A stretch of DNA of 27,212 nucleotides from NCBI GenBank assembly GCA_046582655.1, contig JAYGDX010000206.1, positions 1-27,212 of the forward strand. The letters run 5' to 3'. This stretch comes from Candidatus Poribacteria bacterium. Lineage in GTDB: Bacteria; Poribacteria; WGA-4E; UBA9662. Shown here piece by piece: positions 20,496 through 27,212 of the stretch. The stretch's first letter is position 1; every line of letters starts with the position of its first letter. A model generated the notes under the pieces. The model did no database searches. It was not told the DNA's origin and saw nothing but the letters and a program-made list of their open reading frames with translations. The position numbers were made by a program, and so were the translations under genes.

Positions 20496-21326
20496 CTACT
20501 CAGGTAATCCTACTACACAGCGAAAGCCGGTGAAGTAGTGCCTATCATCCGGAGTTAAGAAGGCGCGGAAAGCGACATGCAGGGCACTAGCAACGCTGTA
20601 CCAAGACCCCCCACGTAACACTCGGCATGGTCCTCCCCAATCAAACAACTGGCCCGTGTCAGGTCCTAGAGGATTCTTAGTCGGTGAATTGCTGTAGTAG
20701 GTTCCATTATACCAATCAGCGCACAACTCCCAGACATTACCCGCCATATCATATAATCCATAGCCATTCGGCTTAAATCTACCTACTGGCGCAGCGGATT
20801 TATCCCACCTGTCCTTGCCACCAATACCGTGGTAATTAGCATATTTTCGTGCGACACTTTCAGCATCAGCCCACGGATACCGCTTGCCAATCAGTCCGCC
20901 TCTAGCAGCATATTCCCACTCTGCCTCAGTGGGCAATCGTTTGCCTGCCCACTTGGCATAGGCCACGGCGTCATACCAAGTCACATAGATCATCGGGTGG
21001 TCGACAGTGGGTGAATACTTGTCTACATTCAACCAATTACCTTCATAATTGTATCCGCTCTGCTGGATAAACTCCCTGAATTGACCCACTGTCACTTCGT
21101 TGACATCCATATAGAAAGCATCTAATTCCACTGTATGCACGGGTAAAGCTCTATCCATATTATCCAAATAATCGCCCATTCCAAAGCTACCGACAGGTAT
21201 CAGAGCCATCCCCAGAGGAGGGAGATCTCCAACATTTTTGGGCTTCACTTTCTCAAGTTCATCATCACCACAACCAATAAAGGCAACCATTATCACCAAC
21301 AACACGACAACTGATCTTTGAACCAT
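20496..21326 (-). CDS. FGE-sulfatase/SUMF1-domain (CLec fold) lipoprotein, likely non-catalytic
   Basis: Lipobox FIGC; FYMDVNEVTVGQF, RLPTEAEWEYAARGG, NGYGLYDMAGNVWE and RVLRGGSW...GFRCV motifs. Lacks the Cys pair that true FGE enzymes carry after GGS. Start placed at ATG 21326 by alignment with the paralog. Confidence 0.92.
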   Translation of the reverse strand: MVQRSVVVLLVIMVAFIGCGDDELEKVKPKNVGDLPPLGMALIPVGSFGMGDYLDNMDRALPVHTVELDAFYMDVNEVTVGQFREFIQQSGYNYEGNWLNVDKYSPTVDHPMIYVTWYDAVAYAKWAGKRLPTEAEWEYAARGGLIGKRYPWADAESVARKYANYHGIGGKDRWDKSAAPVGRFKPNGYGLYDMAGNVWELCADWYNGTYYSNSPTKNPLGPDTGQLFDWGGPCRVLRGGSWYSVASALHVAFRAFLTPDDRHYFTGFRCVVGLPE

Positions 21327-21383
21327 AGTATTCCCTTTATTATGAAAGTCTTTCTCCACTATATAATAGCCAAAGTGACGTGA

Positions 21384-21487
21384 GGAAGGTACCTCTGGAA
21401 CTTACTGTTTCAACCTAGGCGCTGATATGCCCCCTGATCTCTTTGTGTTGCCCCGGTAAAGGCTGTAGACAAGAATTACAACTGCAG
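21384..21487. repeat. ~104-bp intergenic repeat, copy 3
   Basis: See copy 2. Begins 11 bp after the HEAT-remnant stop on the minus strand. Confidence 0.9.
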
Positions 21488-21498
21488 TATCCTTTATT

Positions 21499-21633
21499 TC
21501 AATTGCTCTTTTCGTATTCCTCAACTGCATTAAGTGCTTCAAGTGTACCTATACTCTTTAATGCCGATGCAACATTAACACAAACATACTTATCTTGATC
21601 CTGTAATACTTGTATCAGGTCAAGCAAGGCATT
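21499..21633 (-). pseudogene. HEAT/PBS-lyase repeat protein C-terminal remnant
   Basis: Reads ALLDLIQVLQDQDKYVCVNVASALKSIGTLEALNAVEEYEKSN*, matching the L..D....VR..A..AL..IG repeat. Confidence 0.7.
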
Positions 21634-22099
21634 CTTTGATCCTATTTAACCCATTTCACCGGCCAATTCAACAACTTACCCAATTGTTCCCTAAATCATT
21701 CCAAAAATTTCGATTCAATTCAGATAGCATGGCAGTAGTCGACGAGATTCGACTAGGATTTTCCCACGTCTATATGATAATAACCTTTTTCCTAGTCTCC
21801 ATTATTCTCTCCTCAATGTACTCCAGACTAATCTTTCGCTCTAACCATTTTTTCCATCAGCGGTGTTAATAATTCTATCGTTTTTGATTTCACTCATCTA
21901 TACTAAACAACATCATTTTGGGAATAATAGGATGTGAAAATAAAAAAACCATTATAAAAAATTTACCAACCGATAGATCGTTATCTATTGGTGATAAGTT
22001 TTTTCGGAGAGTATTCAACCTTAAACTGGAGGATAGCTAGAGTAGCCGATTTTGCTACAATAAAAAACTACTCTGCTTTGGAAATATGGAGTCATTTAA

Positions 22100-23410
22100 A
22101 TGAAACGAATTAGTCTATTAGTATTACTGCTTATTTCAATTTGCAGTTCTGTTTGGGCTAAAGGTAACCAAACCAGTTATTATGTTGATGCTGTCACAGG
22201 ATCTGGCACAAATAATGAAACATCAGAAGCAACTGCTTGGCAATCTTCATCAAAAGTAAATACATCCTCCTTTTCTCCTGGAGATCAAATTTTATTCAAA
22301 TTCGGACTCGTATTTTGGGAACTCTAAAACCCCGTTCAAATGGTAATTCAACTGCCCCAACCCTTGCCGGTAAATATGGAGGTGATTCGAGCCCCATTAT
22401 TAACAGAGAAAATAAAAAAGCGAGCATTCACTTAGTCAACCTGCTAAGGATAGGAATTTCACGACCTGGAGCTAATCAACGATGGCGGGAATAGTCCAGA
22501 TACCAATGCTTTAGAATTCCGCACAGAATTTTTTGCAACTACTTTATTAGGCCAGATTAAGCAACACATTGTTCTAAAAACCTTAAAATTCACCAAATAT
22601 ATCCTAATAACAGCTCTTCATAATGAAAACAGTAAGCATGTCTACAAAGGACACAGCATTTATATCACATCTTCTGGGAGAGCAAAAACATATTTTGATG
22701 GTATTACCATTGAAGATTGCGAAATAACGAATAATGCATATTATGGTATTGCAATAAATGGATTCCTAATCAAAATTCACCAACATCAAAGTATCAGTTC
22801 CATAGAGCTATAACTATAAGAAATAGTACAGTGGATCACATAGGCGGCTTCGGAATAGTATTTTTTAGTGGATTTGTTGGATTTATAGGGCTAATACCAA
22901 ACTGTATTTATCGATATAATGTAAGCATTAATGATGGCACACGAGTTAAAGGTCAAAAAGGGGCTACTCAGGACAGAAAAATAATTTGGTTCTCTGACTT
23001 TACGGGTTTTAATGGACAACCCAAAGTGGAGGCTACAAATAATCATGTGTATAACAATACCATTTATGCTGGAGCAAGAATTACTACCCAAATACGATTT
23101 GAAAGCAACACGAACAATAATACAGTTAAAAACAACATTATTTATGTTGAAGGTACTCTTAATTACAACAATTTAGGGATATGCAATACTCCCTTTTGGA
23201 AATAATGCTGTATTTGCAGATCCTATTTTTAGAAACAAAGGTGGAATCAATGCGAATGATTACAAATTACAGGCCAATTCACCCACAATTAATAGTGGGG
23301 TGTTTATAAGTAATAATGGAGGACAAGACTATTGGGGAGTCTCCATTATAGGAAATAATTCTATTGATATTGGAGCATATGAGGTAAACAATCAGGCGAG
23401 GACCAATTAA
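22100..23410 (+). pseudogene. Secreted right-handed beta-helix (pectin-lyase-like) protein, heavily disrupted
   Basis: Signal peptide, TSYYVDA..G, FSPGDQILFK, YNVSINDG, VYNNTIY, ADPIF, YKLQANSP.I..G and DIGAYE motifs across multiple frames. Very AT-rich. Confidence 0.75.
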
Positions 23411-23486
23411 TCTCCATTATTTGATATTCTTAAAAAAACGCGCTTTTATTTCCGATAAAAAAGATGGAAATGATAAAATTGAGGCC

Positions 23487-24949
23487 ATGAATAACATATT
23501 ATTTATTCTTACTGATCAGTGGCCGGCTTGGGCGTTTAGCTTTCGAGGTGCTGACATTCCGACCCCCAATATAGATCGGCTGGCTTCCGAAGGTACAGTA
23601 TTCAATAATGCCTTCACTTCCTGTCCGCTTTGCACACCCGCCCGTGCTACGCTGCTTACCTCCCGCTGGCCGCATCAAAACGAGGTCTACGACAATCAAT
23701 CCGTCGGCTACTCATTGCAGCAATCCATGCCTCTAGACCAAAAAACTTGGATTGAGGAAGCCGTTTCTCTCGGCTACCATGTCGGTTACTACGGCAAATG
23801 GCACCTTGGTCATATCAATCCAGAAAAACATGGCGCGCATGGATATGACCCTAACCTTGAAGTCAGACTAAAACCCTACCATCCTCAAACAAGCGACCAT
23901 TGCTACCAGAAAACTGTTGACAACTACGACACACAAACCAAGAGTCTGATCAGAGGCCATGCCCCATTCTGGGGCAATACTTCGGAGCCAAAAGAAAAAC
24001 TCCGCCCTTTCCCACTATGAAGAAGGGTATAAAATTTCTTGAAAAATGGGCAGTCAATGCTTCAGGCCAGTCTTTCTTTCTAACCCTATCTTCAGCACCA
24101 CCACACTTCCCACATCACTTGCCCGAAGAGTACGTCAAACTGGCTCAAAAACTACGTATACGCGTGGAGCTTCCAGCAAACATGAAAGACACAACTGCGG
24201 AGGACGCCCCTGGTTCCACTCAACGCCCTGGTGGGGTTGTATGAACACCTCGCCCCTCAGCGACGAAGAATGGAAAACCGTCATTGCCTATTCGCACTCT
24301 CACATTACCATGGTCGACGAAGCCATCGGTCGAGTCTTCGACGGGCTTGATTTCCTCAACCTCACTGATTCAACAACTGTCGTCTTTGTCGCTGACCACG
24401 GAGATATGGAAGGCGCACACAATCGTTTTCGAAAAAGGCGCTTATTTCTATGAGGAAGTTTGGCGCATCCCACTCATCATTCGCACACCCAATACCTCCC
24501 CTGCAATTCAGGATACTTTCGTCTCATTACTCGATGTTGGACAAACTCTCTTCAGTCTCATTAACGACGAAGGATTAACTGACCCTGCACGAGAAGGACG
24601 TAACCTGCTCCCACTCGTTGGTACATCTAGGCGTCCCCTTGATTGGGAACAATCAGCCTATGGTGTTTACTACCGCTACAATGGCTACAGCTTTGAAGTA
24701 CGCGCCATTCGCAACGAGCGATTCAAGTACGTTTGGAATCCCCAAGATATTAATGAACTCTATGACCTTGACAACGATCCCCACGAAATGACGAACCTTG
24801 CCAACCATGCAAAAACCAGAACCGTGGAGCAAAATCTTCACACCCAACTTATCTCTTGGCTCAACCAAATTGGTGACGATTTACCAGACGGACTCGACCT
24901 GCTTTTACCAGCAGGCACAATCGTCGCTACCGGCGAACAAGGACCTTAA
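23487..24949 (+). pseudogene. Sulfatase (S1) split by three frameshifts
   Basis: NILFILTDQ, CTPAR, YGKWHLG | PPHFPH | ADHGDM.G.H | KGAYFYEEVWRIPLI, ELYDL..DPHE. Shifts near 24012, 24191 and 24428. Confidence 0.88.
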
Positions 24950-24951
24950 GC

Positions 24952-26768
24952 ATGAAAGAAATTGTAACCCTTGACGGCAACTGGCAAGTCATCTTTGATC
25001 ACGATAATAAAGGTCGAACGCTCAACTGGCAGCATCGAGAAGATTTCTATAGCTATCAGGACATTGAACAGGTCACTGTACCTGCTTGTCTGGAAGAATT
25101 TAAACAGGACTATGAAGGCGTTGCCTGGTATGGTAAAAACTTCAACTTGCCATCCGGCTGGCAAAAAAAATCATTCGTATTCATTTCGAGGCGGTCAACT
25201 ATCGCTCAGAAGTGTGGGTCAACGACGAAGCCGTTGGCGCACACGAAGGTGGGTACACAGGTTTTGAACTGCAAATCGATGATCTCCTGATCGAAGGAGA
25301 AAACTTCATCGCAGTCCGTATAATCACCCCTCTCATCACTCGAGATGTGGTCATCGACGGGCTGGGACGCGACGACATGCCGCATTGGCGTGGGGCCATT
25401 ACCGGCGGCATTTGGCAACCAGTCTCTCTCATGGCCACAGGAACCGTTTATGTCGACGATACTTTTGTCACTACTGATATCAACACTGGCAAAGTTACCA
25501 TTGCCAGTACATTTCAGAATCAAGGTCTGAAAATACAGTCTACCAGGGTCGAATGGACAATCACCGAGTTTAACGAAAACACCCCGATCGCTTCCAGTCT
25601 GGTAAAATTAAGCCTCAATCCGGACATCGCTGGCATTGGCATTCATGCGCTCAACGACGGCGACTGGGTTCTCGGTGCAGGTCTTATCGATAACTTTCGT
25701 AATCCAAAAAAGCCCTATTACGCAATTAAGAAAGTGTTCGCTGATCGTTACATTGCTATTCGCCCAAGCGATCAAAATGTCTACGCTGGAAGGTCAGTAC
25801 AAATCCTGCTTACATCTGTCAACGATGGAGACATATTGTCAGGAACACTTTTACTTCGTGTGAAAGCTAACGATGGGCAAACGCTATTAGACGTGAATGA
25901 AAAAATGATTATACCCAACGGAATTATTGATCTTGGTGCATACGACATCAACACTGAGAGAGTGGAAGGGAGGTGTCATATTGATCTCTCCTTCTAATCC
26001 GAAGAAGTAGAGCCCATCCGAAACCAATCCAGCGTTTATATCCTTAACAAGAGCAAATCTAACCTGCCTGATTCTGCACCTGCACTGATTGATATGGATG
26101 GTTCGCTGGGTCAATACCTATCCAATACTGGAGCCACTTTCCAGACATTCTCAAGCCAACTACCACCTGATCAGTCTGTGTTAGTAAACCTTAATGGCTG
26201 GAATGGCGAATCCAATATACGATTCAACGAACTGGCCAACTGGGTTGAAAGAGGTGGCATAGCACTATACCTCAACCTGCCGCAGATGACGCATCTCAAG
26301 ATGGTGACAAGAGGAAGCCATATGTCTCGCCACCTTGAGAAAGACACTATCCTTCCATTTTCGCTGTCTCTATACACTGGCAAAGGACTTTGGACACCTT
26401 GCAGTCACGTTGTCAAAAGTCATCCATTTTACGACGGTTTACCCTCAAACTGTCTGATGGGCCAGGAATATCGTAATGTGGTCTCCCAATGGTCCATTGT
26501 TGAACCTAAAAGTAACTGGATTGGCGGCAACATTACTTACGATTGGTATGCTGGTCTCAAACATAAACAGAACTACATTGGTGTCACCGAAGCATTTCAT
26601 GGCGCGGATCTAACACAGATATCCTATGGCAAGGGCATATACATCTTGTGCACCCATCGCATCGTAGAAAATCTGGGAAAAGATCCAGTAGCCGATCGTC
26701 TGTTGAAAAACATGTTGGTGGATTTCCCTCGTTTACATAGAGTGAACTCATCAAAACAACCCTCCTAA
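24952..26768 (+). pseudogene. Glycoside hydrolase family 2-like gene with frameshift, internal deletion and nonsense codon
   Basis: LDGNW, YEGVAWY, (shift in the A8 run near 25165) FEAVNY..EVWVN, HEGGYTGFE, GGIWQPVSL. It then jumps near 25620 to GLIDNFRNPK (end of the barrel). An in-frame TAA at 25995 separates this from the same-frame ORF 26094-26768. Confidence 0.82.
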
Positions 26769-26904
26769 TCGCCAAAACAACTTTCACACCTTAGCTCCTA
26801 TTTCTAACCGCTATTGATACCCAAACAATAGATAACTCGTGTAGAGAGTATGTTGACGACCAACTCACCTACAAGGCTACACCCTTCTGCATGGCGGGAT
26901 GCAG

Positions 26905-26970
26905 TGCTACGCTGTTTTGGAAGATGGTCTTTTGCGCGGGAAAATTATCCGACGCTTTGTATGTACCGCC
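26905..26970. repeat. 66-bp dispersed repeat, copy 2
   Basis: 61/66 identical to 5844-5909. Confidence 0.9.
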
Positions 26971-26977
26971 GTAACAG

Positions 26978-27212
26978 TTACTTATCTGGCTTCGAGGGAT
27001 AGATGCTTAGCGGAGACCATGTTCCATTGACGTACGCACGTGCCTTTAACGGGTTGACTGACCCAGTTGGAATGATCGTTCGGTTTTGTTTGATCCCTTG
27101 AATGGCCAGATCAAATCCAGTGTCGCTGGATGCGGGTGTTCCCTGATGAACTTCTGCGGCGATAACATTCTGTCCCAGCCTCAGAAGTTCGAGGGGCACC
27201 TCAAACTCGAGA
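26978..27212 (-). CDS. 3' end of a secreted multidomain protein of the CotH/lamin-tail-associated type (partial)
   Basis: Frame is open to the window edge. GQNVIAAEVHQ...SSD.GFDL and LKARA...GTWSPL motifs are typical of beta-sandwich modules in such proteins. Confidence 0.6.
   Translation of the reverse strand, partial: LEFEVPLELLRLGQNVIAAEVHQGTPASSDTGFDLAIQGIKQNRTIIPTGSVNPLKARAYVNGTWSPLSIYPSKPDK

Noticed and set aside
20496..21326. FGE-domain protein as the maturase for the nearby sulfatases
   Set aside because: It lacks the catalytic cysteines after GGS and carries a lipobox.
19341..21487. Repeats as integron attC sites or a CRISPR array
   Set aside because: No RYYYAAC...GTTRRRY boundaries in gene orientation and no integrase. 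The units are ~104 bp, ~80% identical and separated by whole genes.

Overview
Bacterial chromosomal window, most likely Candidatus Poribacteria. This is inferred from the KLATTWGxIK C-terminal motif on LamG proteins, a DUF6785-like membrane protein, and several PhyH dioxygenases, sulfatases, FGE-domain lipoproteins and HEAT-repeat tails. Roughly ten genes look intact: two low-GC GT-C-like membrane proteins, the DUF6785-like protein, an epimerase plus Gfo/Idh/MocA pair, a sulfatase, two PhyH, a LamG protein and an FGE-domain lipoprotein. They sit among many pseudogenes and short, mostly 3'-terminal gene remnants (IS701 transposase, two flagellin tails, split CotH, LamG tails, PhyH, SNF2, amidohydrolase, TnpB tail, HEAT, beta-helix protein, sulfatase, GH2). 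The most notable locus is 18.5-21.6 kb. It is a same-strand array (HEAT tail / FGE lipoprotein / LamG / FGE pseudogene) in which a ~104-bp repeat plus promoter precedes each of the three downstream genes. Both FGE genes end in a segment whose codon pattern matches adenine-mutagenised DGR variable regions, although no reverse transcriptase or template repeat is in the window. An orphan TnpB right-end/omegaRNA-like element lies beside it. All family calls come from motif recognition by eye; no searches were run.
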